From assembly GCA_018819405.1 (NCBI GenBank), contig JAHJQF010000001.1:817469-881468 (forward strand): 64,000 nt of DNA. The letters run 5' to 3'. Positions 45,401-55,244 of the stretch are shown here, piece by piece. Numbering within the stretch: the stretch's first letter is position 1; every line of letters begins with the position of its first letter. The notes under the pieces were generated by a model that did no database searches, was not told the origin of the DNA, and worked only from the letters and a program-made list of their open reading frames with translations. This stretch comes from Patescibacteria group bacterium (GTDB lineage Bacteria > Patescibacteriota > Patescibacteriia > UBA1558 > GWA2-36-10). The translations under genes and the position numbers were made by a program.

Positions 45401-47307
45401 TATTTATCTTTTTTTTCGTCGTCTTTTACCTCTTCAAAATCTCCTTCAACTGGACCTTTATCTTTTTTTGGTTCATCATTTTGCTGCGCGTCCGCCGAAG
45501 CGTTAGCGGAGGCGGAATACATAGCTGCCCCAATTGCCTGGACAGTATCTTCCATTTCTTTGATAGCCGATTTGACAGCTTCAATATCGGCAGAATCTTT
45601 GACTTTTTTCAAAGCTTCCATTTTCTCTTCCATTTTTTTCTTATCTTCATCTTTGAGTTTAGCTTCACTCTCTTTGATGAATTTCTCTGTATGAGCAATG
45701 ATATTATCAGCGTTGTTTCTGACTTCTACTTCTTCTTTTTTCTTTTTATCTTCTTCAGCATGAAGATCAGCATCTTTTTTCATTTTTTCTATTTCTTCTT
45801 CTGAAAGTCCTGAAGAAGACTTGATAGTGATAGATTGTTCTTTACTAGTAGCCTTATCTACTGCTTTGACATTTAAAATACCGTTGGCGTCAATATCAAA
45901 AGAAACCTCAATCTGTGGTACACCACGGGGAGCTGGCGGGATACCTGATAGTGTAAATCTGCCAAGCGTCTTATTGTCTTGAGCCATTGGACGCTCACCC
46001 TGAAGTACATGAATTTCTACAGAATCCTGATGATCAGCTGCGGTAGAAAAAACCTGAGTCTTGGAAGCCGGAATAGTAGTGTTTCTCTCAATAAGCGGTG
46101 TTCGTACGCCACCTAAAGTCTCAATCCCCAAAGTAAGCGGAGTGACATCAAGTAGCAAAACATCTTTGACATCCCCTTGCAATACTCCAGCTTGGACAGC
46201 TGCTCCAAGAGCCACTACTTCATCTGGATTGACAGATATATTTGGTTTTTTGCCAAAAAATTCTTCTACTTTCTTTTGTACCAAAGGCATCCTAGTCATA
46301 CCACCGACCATTATCACCTCTTCAATATCAGTGACAGACAATTTGGCATCAGTCAGAGCTTTTTTGCATGGTTCCAAAGTCTTGGCTACCAAATCGCCTA
46401 CTAATTCTTCTAGTTTGGCCCTGGTCATTTTCATGACTAAATGTTTTGGGCCTGATTCATCAGTAGTAATAAATGGCTGATTGATTTCTGTTTCCATTGA
46501 TGAAGAAAGTTCTACTTTAGCTTTTTCAGCAGACTCTTTGAGCCTTTGCATAGCCAAAGCGTCTTTGCTCAAATCAATGCCTTCTTGCTTTTTGAATTCA
46601 TCCAATATCCAATTGATAAGCACCTGATCAAAATCATCACCACCCAAGTGAGTGTCACCGTTGGTGGCTTTTACTTCTACTGTGTCAGCGGAAACATCCA
46701 AAATAGATATATCAAAAGTACCACCACCCAGATCATAGACCGCTATTTGCTGATCTTTTTTCTTGTCAAAGCCATAAGCTAAGGCTGCGGCTGTTGGCTC
46801 GTTGATAATACGCTTTACTTCCAATCCGGCAATTTTACCGGCATCTTTTGTAGCCTGACGCTGAGAGTCATCAAAATAAGCTGGTACAGTGATAACTGCT
46901 TCAGTGACTTCTTCGCCCAATCTTTCACTGGCGTCAGCTTTTATCTTTTGTAAAATCATAGCAGATATTTCTTGCGGACTGTACTGCTTGTCCCCCATTT
47001 TGACTTTTACACCTTCGCCTGATTGACTAATTTCATAAGGCACGGTATCAATATCTTTTTTGATTTCACCGTCACTATATTTTCGGCCAATCAAACGCTT
47101 GACCGAAAAAATTGTATTTTTTGGATTGGTGACTGCCTGTCTTTTGGCTGGCAAACCGACCAATCTCTCTCCATTTTTTGACAGGGCTACTATAGAAGGA
47201 GTAGTACGATTACCTTCTTTGTTTTCCAAAATTTTTGGCTTACCCCCTTCGACAATAGCTACTGCTGAGTTGGTTGTACCCAAATCAATTCCTATAATTT
47301 TTGACAT
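45400..47307 (-). CDS. dnaK: Chaperone DnaK (Hsp70)
   Basis: 635 aa with [18 protein letters not shown] and [11 protein letters not shown] signatures and an acidic C-terminus. Confidence 0.97.
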   Translation of the reverse strand: MSKIIGIDLGTTNSAVAIVEGGKPKILENKEGNRTTPSIVALSKNGERLVGLPAKRQAVTNPKNTIFSVKRLIGRKYSDGEIKKDIDTVPYEISQSGEGVKVKMGDKQYSPQEISAMILQKIKADASERLGEEVTEAVITVPAYFDDSQRQATKDAGKIAGLEVKRIINEPTAAALAYGFDKKKDQQIAVYDLGGGTFDISILDVSADTVEVKATNGDTHLGGDDFDQVLINWILDEFKKQEGIDLSKDALAMQRLKESAEKAKVELSSSMETEINQPFITTDESGPKHLVMKMTRAKLEELVGDLVAKTLEPCKKALTDAKLSVTDIEEVIMVGGMTRMPLVQKKVEEFFGKKPNISVNPDEVVALGAAVQAGVLQGDVKDVLLLDVTPLTLGIETLGGVRTPLIERNTTIPASKTQVFSTAADHQDSVEIHVLQGERPMAQDNKTLGRFTLSGIPPAPRGVPQIEVSFDIDANGILNVKAVDKATSKEQSITIKSSSGLSEEEIEKMKKDADLHAEEDKKKKEEVEVRNNADNIIAHTEKFIKESEAKLKDEDKKKMEEKMEALKKVKDSADIEAVKSAIKEMEDTVQAIGAAMYSASANASADAQQNDEPKKDKGPVEGDFEEVKDDEKKDK

Positions 47308-47327
47308 GTTATTTTATTCCTCTATAT

Positions 47328-47395
47328 TGTCATTCTGAATTTATTTCAGAATCTCACCTCCTCATTAGAGATCCTGAAACTAGTTCAGGATGACA
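47328..47395. promoter_or_regulatory. Pair of related hairpins in inverted orientation immediately upstream of dnaK
   Basis: tgtcattctgaatttatttcagaatctc (47328-47355) and agatcctgaaactagttcaggatgaca (47369-47395); the second is the near reverse complement of the first. Confidence 0.4.
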
Positions 47396-47407
47396 AATTA
47401 TTATTTA

Positions 47408-47743
47408 TTATATTAATTTCTTTAAATTATTTATTAATTCTTTTTTTGACAAGAGATGTTGGATATCTAAGACATCATCTGCATCCATATCGTCTAACAA
47501 AGCAAAATCCATTACTTCCTGCGGACTCAAATCTGTCAAAATTGCGTTGCCTATCACTCCTTGTGGCAAGCCGGCAAATTTTGTCAAAAGGTTTGCTCCA
47601 CAACTATGGCAACTGGCATAAGTCAAAACACTATATTCTGACTCATCCAAAACCTGTATATTTGGTTGCCTATACTCTGACGAACAAATTGGACAGTTTT
47701 TTATCAGCCGCAGATTGAGAGGCGAATTTAGGTTATTTATCAT
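47408..47743 (-). CDS. Hypothetical zinc-ribbon protein (111 aa) within the heat-shock operon
   Basis: CPIC...CHSC pair, acidic C-terminus. Located between hsp20 and dnaK. Confidence 0.4.
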   Translation of the reverse strand: MINNLNSPLNLRLIKNCPICSSEYRQPNIQVLDESEYSVLTYASCHSCGANLLTKFAGLPQGVIGNAILTDLSPQEVMDFALLDDMDADDVLDIQHLLSKKELINNLKKLI

Positions 47744-48145
47744 TTATTTTTTATTATTTACATTTATTTTGATACTTTTTGCTCTAGCATCAATCTCTTT
47801 TGGCAGACTGATTTTTAAGAGACCATTTTCAAAATCAGCCTGTGCCTTGTCAGCTTTGACAGAGCTTGGCAAAACTATACTGCGATGAAAGGATCCACTC
47901 CTAACTTCTTTGCGGTAATAATTTTTTTCATCAATTTCTGAAGAAGTCTCGCGTCTGCCCTCAATGGTCAAAACATCATCGTGGACGTTTATCTCCACAT
48001 CCTGAGGCTTAATGCCGGCCAGTGTTGCCTCAACTACAACATTGTCTTTTTCTTCATACACATCAATGGCTGGTACAAAATTTTGGAAATTATTTTCCAA
48101 ATTTTCAAAAGTGTCTAATAATGGACTCCATGGTATTAATGTCAT
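47744..48145 (-). CDS. Small heat-shock protein, Hsp20/alpha-crystallin family
   Basis: 133 aa with an alpha-crystallin domain (AIDVYEEKDNVVVEATLAGIKPQDVEINVHDDVLTIEGRR...GSFHRSIVLP...ADFENGLLKISLPK). Confidence 0.85.
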   Translation of the reverse strand: MTLIPWSPLLDTFENLENNFQNFVPAIDVYEEKDNVVVEATLAGIKPQDVEINVHDDVLTIEGRRETSSEIDEKNYYRKEVRSGSFHRSIVLPSSVKADKAQADFENGLLKISLPKEIDARAKSIKINVNNKK

Positions 48146-48163
48146 AATTATCTTCTCCTTCCT

Positions 48164-48196
48164 AACCCGTTGTTATATTTGTATAATTTACGGGTT
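48164..48196. promoter_or_regulatory. Inverted repeat aacccgt-N19-acgggtt upstream of hsp20 (candidate operator)
   Basis: ctaacccgttgttatatttgtataatttacgggttctt. Shares the ACGGGT core with the conserved TAACGGG motif. Confidence 0.4.
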
Positions 48197-48217
48197 CTTA
48201 ATTTATTATTAAATTAA

Positions 48218-48688
48218 TTATATATTATTGATAATCACTTTGGCTGGTCTGATGACCATATTATCTATTTTATAACCTATTTGCTTTTCTTCCACTATTA
48301 TGTGATCTTCATTTTTGTCATCACTTACTTGTCCGACTGATTCGTGTAAATTGGCGTCAAATTTTTCTCCGACAGCCTTTATTTTTTTAACGTTGCGTTC
48401 GTTTAGAAAGCCGTCCCACATCCTCAGGATATGTTCTAGGCCTACTGCCCATGATTCATTTTTTTGATCCTTCGGAATATGATTGATAGCTGTCTGATAA
48501 TTATCAAATATGGGCAAAAGCTGCAAAATAATATCTGATCTGACAAATATACTTAAATCTTTTAGGCGCTTATCTGTCTCTTTCTGAAGGTTCTGATAAT
48601 CAGCCAGAGCTTTTTGCCAGCCAGCTAGATTCTCATCAGCCATCAATTTGTAGTCTATTTTTTCATGTTTATGTTTTTTGTCTTTCAT
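48218..48688 (-). CDS. grpE: Nucleotide exchange factor GrpE
   Basis: 156 aa with ILQLLPIFDNYQTAINH and C-terminal GYKIDNMVIRPAKVII blocks typical of GrpE. Confidence 0.8.
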   Translation of the reverse strand: MKDKKHKHEKIDYKLMADENLAGWQKALADYQNLQKETDKRLKDLSIFVRSDIILQLLPIFDNYQTAINHIPKDQKNESWAVGLEHILRMWDGFLNERNVKKIKAVGEKFDANLHESVGQVSDDKNEDHIIVEEKQIGYKIDNMVIRPAKVIINNI

Positions 48689-48720
48689 CCCGTTAGACCC
48701 ATTAAAAATTAATTAAATAA
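48689..48720 (-). promoter_or_regulatory. Copy of the conserved upstream motif (TTAATTAATTTTTAATGGGTCTAACGGG-ATG) abutting the grpE start codon
   Basis: The plus strand reads cccgttagacccattaaaaattaattaaataa immediately after the grpE start codon complement (cat at 48686-48688). Confidence 0.5.
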
Positions 48721-48769
48721 ATATTTTTATCTTTCAATTTATATCCAAACCCAAGTTATAGTAAATTTT

Positions 48770-49456
48770 TTACTTGATAATTTTTACTGTTTGTTCCAAT
48801 AATCCCAATACTCTATTATAATCCATCCTAGTTGGTCCCAAAATAGCTAAAAGCATATTATCCGGCAAGGGTGCAATGGCCACTGAGCAGTCTTCACTAA
48901 ATGGGTTGTCAGGGCCAATCAATATCTCTGGAGCAGTTATATTGTTATAAATTTCTGAAATAGCTTTTTCCAAACTGTCTACTACCTGACTCATAGACAA
49001 TACCATTTTGTAATCTTCAAATTCTGGTTGAGAAAACAAATTGAAAAGACCAGTAAAATAATAATCATTCGGAGCTAGTCCTACGATAGTAGCTAGATTT
49101 GTCTTATCTACCAAAAGCTTGGCCAAATCTCTAATATCCTTTTTATAAGCTTTTTCCAATTCCTTTTGTTCATTGCTATTTGGAGATTTTATAGACAACA
49201 AATTGTCCAGATAATACCTATATCCAGAAATAGTAGGAATACGTCCGGCAGACGTATGAGGTTGTGCAATATAACCCTGAGACTCCAATTCATACATATC
49301 ATTTCTGATAGTAGCCGATGACACCTCAAAGCTCTCCTCGTCACACAAAGTTTTTGATGCTACCGGACGGGCAGTTTTTATATATATATCAATAATTGCC
49401 TTGAGCAGTTTTTGACTTCTATTTTCCATCCCGTACAAAAATTTAATATTATTCAT
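48770..49456 (-). CDS. hrcA: Heat-inducible transcription repressor HrcA (short form)
   Basis: 228 aa with an N-terminal wHTH: RSQKLLKAIIDIYIKTARPVASKTL...VSSATIRNDMYELESQGYIAQPHTSAGRIPTISGYRYYLDNLL. Confidence 0.85.
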   Translation of the reverse strand: MNNIKFLYGMENRSQKLLKAIIDIYIKTARPVASKTLCDEESFEVSSATIRNDMYELESQGYIAQPHTSAGRIPTISGYRYYLDNLLSIKSPNSNEQKELEKAYKKDIRDLAKLLVDKTNLATIVGLAPNDYYFTGLFNLFSQPEFEDYKMVLSMSQVVDSLEKAISEIYNNITAPEILIGPDNPFSEDCSVAIAPLPDNMLLAILGPTRMDYNRVLGLLEQTVKIIK

Positions 49457-49526
49457 TAACTCTACTTTTATCCCGAAAAATTTTATTAAATTTTATACGG
49501 GACACGTACAATACATTATAAACAAA

Positions 49527-49553
49527 TTAGCACTCGCCGTCAAGGAGTGCTAA
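49527..49553. promoter_or_regulatory. CIRCE operator (TTAGCACTC-N9-GAGTGCTAA) upstream of hrcA
   Basis: Exact match to consensus: ttagcactcgccgtcaaggagtgctaa. Confidence 0.9.
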
Positions 49554-49584
49554 CAAATAAATAAATTTTATCTAATTTTAGCTA

Positions 49585-50820
49585 TTATTCTCTTCTTAAA
49601 GCTGTGATTGGATCAAGGTCAGCTGCTCGCTTGGCTGGATAAAGGCCAAAAATCAGACCAACTATTACTGAAAATCCAAGCGCCAAAAATATACCTGGTA
49701 TAGAAAGAGAAAATGCCCAATCAAAATTATAATAATTGGCTACCAAATAAACAAAATAAATTAAAACAATACCAAAAATTACCCCATAAAATCCGCCTTG
49801 AACAGTAATTACCACTGCCTCAGCTAAAAACTGTTTTAAGATACTAGATTTACTGGCACCAACTGCTTTTCTCAATCCTATTTCAAAAGTACGCTCAGCT
49901 ACTGTAGCATACATAATATTCATAATGCCCACTCCTCCCACTACCAGTGATACAGCGGCTAAAGCAATCAAAAGTAAAGTAACACCACCAATGATAGTAT
50001 TTAAAAGATCTTGAGTATCAGCCATAGACATTACTTCAAAGTCATCCCTATCTGGATCACTAATGTCATGATTTTCTCTAAAAATTTTCTGTATAGTATC
50101 TACGGCTTCATCCTCACGATTGGGATCAGTCAGATGGGAAGTAATAGACATCACATGGTCAATGCCCAAAAGTTTCTTTTGTGTGGTCTGTAGTGGTATA
50201 TAAACCAATTCATCCATATTAAAGAAAAACACAGTGCCTCGTGGTGCGGCTACTCCAATTACTTTGTAATTCTGTTTATTTATTTTTATGTTTTCGCCCA
50301 CTGATGGTGAAACACCAAATAATTTTTCTTTGACCTCACTACCTAAAACTACTACTTGAGACAAATTGTCATCTTCCTCCTGAGTAAAAAATCTTCCCTC
50401 AGCTATTTCAGTAGCATCAATATCAATGAAATCTTCGGTCACTCCGTATATCAAAGATTTTTTGATATTACCTTGCCAAGAGACAATTTCTTGTGCCGTC
50501 ACTGCAGAATAAGCCTTGTCTATATACGGTAAATCCAAAATATCCCAACGATCTTTTTCAGTCATAGTGGTAATCACCACTCCCTGAGCTTGGCTAAAAC
50601 TGCCACCTCCTGATTTTGGAACCCTGACTTCAGATTGTATAAAATCAGCACCAAAGCTAGCTACCTGATCATAAACAAAAGATTTTATACTATCACCAGC
50701 CGAAACTATGACCGTAACTGAAGTAATACCTATCATCACACCCAAAATAGTCAAAAAAGTCCTAAGCCTATTTTTGCTCAGTGCGTTGGTTGCAATATAA
50801 ATAGCACCTAAAAATTTCAT
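49585..50820 (-). CDS. ABC transporter permease, MacB/FtsX-like
   Basis: 411 aa with an N-terminal TM, large periplasmic domain and C-terminal FtsX 4-TM module. Confidence 0.8.
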   Translation of the reverse strand: MKFLGAIYIATNALSKNRLRTFLTILGVMIGITSVTVIVSAGDSIKSFVYDQVASFGADFIQSEVRVPKSGGGSFSQAQGVVITTMTEKDRWDILDLPYIDKAYSAVTAQEIVSWQGNIKKSLIYGVTEDFIDIDATEIAEGRFFTQEEDDNLSQVVVLGSEVKEKLFGVSPSVGENIKINKQNYKVIGVAAPRGTVFFFNMDELVYIPLQTTQKKLLGIDHVMSITSHLTDPNREDEAVDTIQKIFRENHDISDPDRDDFEVMSMADTQDLLNTIIGGVTLLLIALAAVSLVVGGVGIMNIMYATVAERTFEIGLRKAVGASKSSILKQFLAEAVVITVQGGFYGVIFGIVLIYFVYLVANYYNFDWAFSLSIPGIFLALGFSVIVGLIFGLYPAKRAADLDPITALRRE

Positions 50821-50823
50821 AAT

Positions 50824-52068
50824 TTATTCATAACGCAAAGCTTCTACTGGTTGCAAAGAAGCTGCCTTTTTAGCTGGATACCAACCAAAAGTCAAAGCCA
50901 CTAAAACCGTAAAAAATACTGACAATAATATTGATGATACTGGTATCACAAAATCCCAATCATAGCCCAAAGTATTGGCTACAATACTTATTAAAAATGA
51001 TATAAAAACACCCCAAATAAGGCCTATTAGACCACCTAAAAAAGTCAAAATAATAGTCTGAATCAGAAAATGCATACTAATATCTCGCCGAGTGGCACCG
51101 ACTGCTTTCCTCAGTCCTATTTCTTTGGTACTTTCAGTAACAGAAACAAGCATAATATTCATAATACCAATACCCCCTACTATCAGAGATATGCCCGCCA
51201 CCAAACCCAAAAAATAATTTAAAGCATTTGTAATGTCAGTCAAAGTATTAAGATTTTCTTCAGAACTACGCACCGAAAAATCATCCTGCTCAGGATCATC
51301 TATATTGTGCTGACTACGAAGTACTGATTTGACTTCTTCCATCACATAGTTTACATCAGCTCCTGGGTCTACCTTGGCTCTAGCAAAACTGAGATAATTA
51401 ATACCCAACATCAATTTTTGAGCGGTCAAAAGGGGAATAAAGATTTGATTATCCTGATCTTGAAATCCTACCGTGCCCCTCTCCTTCATGACTCCTATTA
51501 CCCTAAAAGACTCTTTATTTACTTTTATACGCTGGTCAATTGGATTAGATGTACCACCAAAAAGATCATCGGCTACTTTGCTTCCTAATACTGCCACTCT
51601 ACTTATGGTCTTATCATCCTCGGCTGTAAAAAAATGACCAGAGACAATCTCTGCTCCTGTTTCTACAGATAAATAATTTGATGTTGTGCCTAAAAAACTA
51701 GTGTCTGATGTTTTGCTTTGCCAAGAAGTAGTGCAGACTCCTCTGACATAAGAGGCAGCCGCTATCACACTATCAACTTGCTCCTCTATAGCCTCTATAT
51801 CGGCTTGGACCAAAGTAGTGATATTAATACCCATCACTGAAGCAGGTGGCTCATCTTCATCACTACCACCTGGTAAAATACCTAGAAGGTCACTGCCAAT
51901 ACCATTAATTTGATTGGTAATAAGACTTTGTGCACCAGCCCCACCTGACATAATAATAATTACTGAAGAAATACCAATTACAATTCCCAAAGACGTCAAA
52001 AAAGAGCGCATCTTGTTTACCTTCAGCGCAGCAATAGTACCTAAATAAGTTTTGAAATCAATGCGCAT
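50824..52068 (-). CDS. ABC transporter permease, MacB/FtsX-like (second copy)
   Basis: 414 aa with the same architecture. The start codon sits inside a conserved cccgttag motif. Confidence 0.8.
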   Translation of the reverse strand: MRIDFKTYLGTIAALKVNKMRSFLTSLGIVIGISSVIIIMSGGAGAQSLITNQINGIGSDLLGILPGGSDEDEPPASVMGINITTLVQADIEAIEEQVDSVIAAASYVRGVCTTSWQSKTSDTSFLGTTSNYLSVETGAEIVSGHFFTAEDDKTISRVAVLGSKVADDLFGGTSNPIDQRIKVNKESFRVIGVMKERGTVGFQDQDNQIFIPLLTAQKLMLGINYLSFARAKVDPGADVNYVMEEVKSVLRSQHNIDDPEQDDFSVRSSEENLNTLTDITNALNYFLGLVAGISLIVGGIGIMNIMLVSVTESTKEIGLRKAVGATRRDISMHFLIQTIILTFLGGLIGLIWGVFISFLISIVANTLGYDWDFVIPVSSILLSVFFTVLVALTFGWYPAKKAASLQPVEALRYE

Positions 52069-52150
52069 CCCGTTAGAAATTAGGGCAAAAATTATTTATT
52101 AATTATTTTACAATCCCGCAGAAGATTTTAAATTCCTAACGGGACGCATT
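52062..52150. promoter_or_regulatory. 14-nt inverted repeat (gcgcatcccgttag / ctaacgggacgcat) bracketing a 60-nt AT-rich spacer and the permease start codon
   Basis: Seen directly: atgcgcatcccgttag ... ctaacgggacgcatt, between the ABC ATPase gene end and the permease gene start. Confidence 0.4.
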
Positions 52151-52861
52151 TTATTTTAATTGACCATGTATAGATTCGGCTCTTACAACATCTTTGTTTT
52201 TTTCATCAGTGGTAATTTTACCATCCATCATAGTAATAATACGTCTGGCATAACGGGCTGTATTTGATTCATGAGTTACCAATACTACTGTCTTACCTAT
52301 TCTATTTAGCTCCGCCAAAATAGACATAATCTGTATGCCTGATTTTGAATCCAAATTTCCAGTCGGCTCATCGGCAAAAATAATATCTGGTTTGTTGACC
52401 AAAGCTCTAGCAATGGCCACGCGTTGTTTTTCGCCACCTGAAAGCTGGTTGGATAAATAATCACGCCTATGTTCCAAACCGACACTTTTGATTGCCTCTT
52501 CTACCACATGAGTGTCTCTGCTACTATTACTATAAAGCAAAGGGAGTTTGACATTATCCCAGACAGAAGTCTTGGGCAACAGGTTAAAACTTTGAAAAAT
52601 AAAACCAACTCGTTTATTTCTATAATTTGCCAAAGTGTCATCATCCAAAATACTGACATCTTTGTTGTCAAAATAATATTTACCACTGGTCAGAGTATCC
52701 AAAAACCCTAGGATATGCATCAAAGTTGATTTACCAGATCCAGAGGGACCCATAATAGCAATAAACTCGCCACGGTCAATCTTGAGACTTACACCGTGTA
52801 GGACTTTGGTTTTTACTTCGTCATTTACAAACTCTTTATATATGTCTTTTAATTCTATCAT
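52151..52861 (-). CDS. ABC transporter ATP-binding protein (MacB/LolD-type)
   Basis: 236 aa with Walker [10 protein letters not shown], signature [15 protein letters not shown] and Walker [13 protein letters not shown]. Confidence 0.9.
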   Translation of the reverse strand: MIELKDIYKEFVNDEVKTKVLHGVSLKIDRGEFIAIMGPSGSGKSTLMHILGFLDTLTSGKYYFDNKDVSILDDDTLANYRNKRVGFIFQSFNLLPKTSVWDNVKLPLLYSNSSRDTHVVEEAIKSVGLEHRRDYLSNQLSGGEKQRVAIARALVNKPDIIFADEPTGNLDSKSGIQIMSILAELNRIGKTVVLVTHESNTARYARRIITMMDGKITTDEKNKDVVRAESIHGQLK

Positions 52862-52864
52862 AGT

Positions 52865-54526
52865 TTATTGACCATTTTTTATATAAGTTACTACCTGGTC
52901 ACCGTCATTTAAACCAGAAGTTATTTCTATCAAGCCTCCATCTCCCCTCAATCCTGTCTCAACTTCTACTTCTGACAGACTCTTGCCGTCAAATATCTGG
53001 ACATATTTTTTGCCTTCACGGTAGATCACTGCTCTTGAAGGCACAATGAGCACACCCTCACGACTATCTGTACCAATCGCCAAATCAGCGGTCATACCAG
53101 ATTTTATCCTTTCATCTTTTTCATTAAAAAAAATTTTTACTTGATAATAAACCACTCCGTCAATAATTGTAGAGGCCGGATCTATAAAAGTAACCGTACC
53201 AGAAAATTTGTCTTCTGAAGAAAAAGCATCTAAAGTTACATCTACTTGGTGCCCGACTGCCAATTTTACAATATCTGACTCCGGCACATCTACCTGAATC
53301 TGCATATTACTCATACCTATCATAGAAATAACCGGCGTAGACATTGCTGTCTGCTCACCCACATCAAAATTTACTTTGGTAACTAGGCCATCTACCGGTG
53401 CCTTGATGACAGTCTCTGACCAATCACTAAGATATCTATTTAAAGTTGCTTCAGCTCTTTTGATTCTAGCCTTGGTAGCTTCTATCTCAAAATCACGCGG
53501 TGGCGCTTTTTTGAAATCTAGCTTAGCCTCGGCTAAATTGAGACTAGCTTGAGCGCTAGAAAGTGCATTATTAGCATCTACAATCTGATTTTGATAATAC
53601 AAGCTTCTGGTTCTAATATCAGATGCGGCACTCTGAATCACAGCTATACCAGTATTAATAGCTGTACTTTTGGTACTAATATTTGATTTATAAGCGTCAA
53701 TATTGGTGTCTGAGTAGTGCCCATAAATCAAAGCGGCTACCATAGAATCAAATGATTTGTTGAGTGCATCAAGGGTCAAAGACAAAGTGCTTTGTAAATG
53801 ATCCAAAGACGCTAAAATATCTTCATCACTACTAGTCTCTTCAGCCTGAGCAATCAAATCTACATCTTCATCATAGCTTGCTTTGGCAATATAATAATTA
53901 TTTTTGGCTTCAGTCAAAGCCACAATATCACTGACATAAAGATCACGATCTGCATCGTCATCTAAAATAGCGTCATAAACCGTTTCCAAAGAATACAAGA
54001 TAATAGAATATTTATCATTTAAGGCATTGATGGCAATCTGTCTCAAACTTTTTAGCTCGTTGTCTCTGGTTGATTCTAGATTTGCCAAATTATCAATAGC
54101 TGTATTATAGCTAACTTGAGCTGTAGCTACTTCCTCTTCGGTAACTTTGAGATCCTGATGACTGGCTCCAGCCAAAAGCTCGTCCAGCTCCAACTGTGCT
54201 ATCTCTAAGCTGGCTCTGGCATCAGATACTTGGGATGACACATTTCCGGCAAATAATCTAGCCAGAGTCTGCCCAGATCTCACTTCATCGCCCGCCTTTA
54301 CCAACATTTCCTGCAAAGTGCCGGCTGTCTTAAAATTTAGGTCAATATCATCTGCTGCTTCAACCGAGCCAGTCACTTCTACAGTCTGCCTAATATCACC
54401 TATATAGGCCGTTTCGGTCACATAATTAACCTCGGTTTTGGATAAACGGCTAAAAACTACAACTGCTACGATAATTAAAACAACAATTATAGCCCAAAAC
54501 CATTTTTTCTTTACTAATTTAAGCAT
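52865..54526 (-). CDS. Periplasmic adaptor (HlyD/MacA-like membrane fusion protein)
   Basis: 553 aa with an N-terminal TM, long coiled-coil region and C-terminal beta-barrel blocks. Confidence 0.75.
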   Translation of the reverse strand: MLKLVKKKWFWAIIVVLIIVAVVVFSRLSKTEVNYVTETAYIGDIRQTVEVTGSVEAADDIDLNFKTAGTLQEMLVKAGDEVRSGQTLARLFAGNVSSQVSDARASLEIAQLELDELLAGASHQDLKVTEEEVATAQVSYNTAIDNLANLESTRDNELKSLRQIAINALNDKYSIILYSLETVYDAILDDDADRDLYVSDIVALTEAKNNYYIAKASYDEDVDLIAQAEETSSDEDILASLDHLQSTLSLTLDALNKSFDSMVAALIYGHYSDTNIDAYKSNISTKSTAINTGIAVIQSAASDIRTRSLYYQNQIVDANNALSSAQASLNLAEAKLDFKKAPPRDFEIEATKARIKRAEATLNRYLSDWSETVIKAPVDGLVTKVNFDVGEQTAMSTPVISMIGMSNMQIQVDVPESDIVKLAVGHQVDVTLDAFSSEDKFSGTVTFIDPASTIIDGVVYYQVKIFFNEKDERIKSGMTADLAIGTDSREGVLIVPSRAVIYREGKKYVQIFDGKSLSEVEVETGLRGDGGLIEITSGLNDGDQVVTYIKNGQ

Positions 54527-54652
54527 AATTTTAAAATTATTTTTCTTTACCTTATATTATAATTATACCTCAAAAACAAATGTTTTCCAAACAACAAAAA
54601 AGCCTGGCTCAAAAAAATTTTGAGTAGGCTTTTTTTCTAAAAAATATCAAAC

Positions 54653-55138
54653 TTACCTCAAAACCTTGATTGTCTGGCTGTTGTAAGTTTCGCAAGCTCC
54701 CACATGCAGAGCACCATTAGCATCCTTCATAAGATAATACCCCGTATTGGTAGTAGCCGCACTACTTGATTTTGGATCATAAGGTATGGCTGGCAAATAT
54801 CCAGCGGTCACCAAAGGATCTAACCAAATTAGCCCATTGGTAGTGGTAGCTGAAGCAGAACAATCATAGCCTGTATCAGTACCTGCATAATTAGCAACCA
54901 TACATGGAGTTGGCCCATCAATACAAGTAGCTGAACTGGTAGGATTTGTACCATTGTTATCAGCAACATAAGTATTCCAGGCATCGGCAATAGCTGTGAC
55001 ATCAGCCCAACGCTGAGCATTGTAAGCTTCACCAATTCTCTTGGCAGGATTTAAAGCTACAAAGGTAGCGGCCGCTAGTAGAGCAATAATGGCTACTACG
55101 ATGATGAGCTCTACCAGAGTAAAACCTTTTTGTCTCAT
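54653..55138 (-). CDS. Type IV pilin (prepilin-type N-terminal methylation/cleavage domain)
   Basis: MRQKGFTLVELIIVVAIIALLAA (class III signal G-F-T-L-V-E) followed by a Thr/Ser-rich globular domain. Confidence 0.85.
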   Translation of the reverse strand: MRQKGFTLVELIIVVAIIALLAAATFVALNPAKRIGEAYNAQRWADVTAIADAWNTYVADNNGTNPTSSATCIDGPTPCMVANYAGTDTGYDCSASATTTNGLIWLDPLVTAGYLPAIPYDPKSSSAATTNTGYYLMKDANGALHVGACETYNSQTIKVLR

Positions 55139-55244
55139 AATTTTATTTATTAATATTTTATATTAATATTATTATAGCATACTTTCGCCAAAAAAAATAG
55201 GAAATATCAACAGCTTATATTATATCATAAATATTTAGATTTCT

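Noticed and set aside
45305-45804. 129- and 142-aa plus-strand ORFs at the dnaJ/dnaK junction
   Set aside because: They are antisense to the Lys/Glu-rich C-terminus of DnaK and the N-terminus of DnaJ. Low-complexity translation (poly-F/S).
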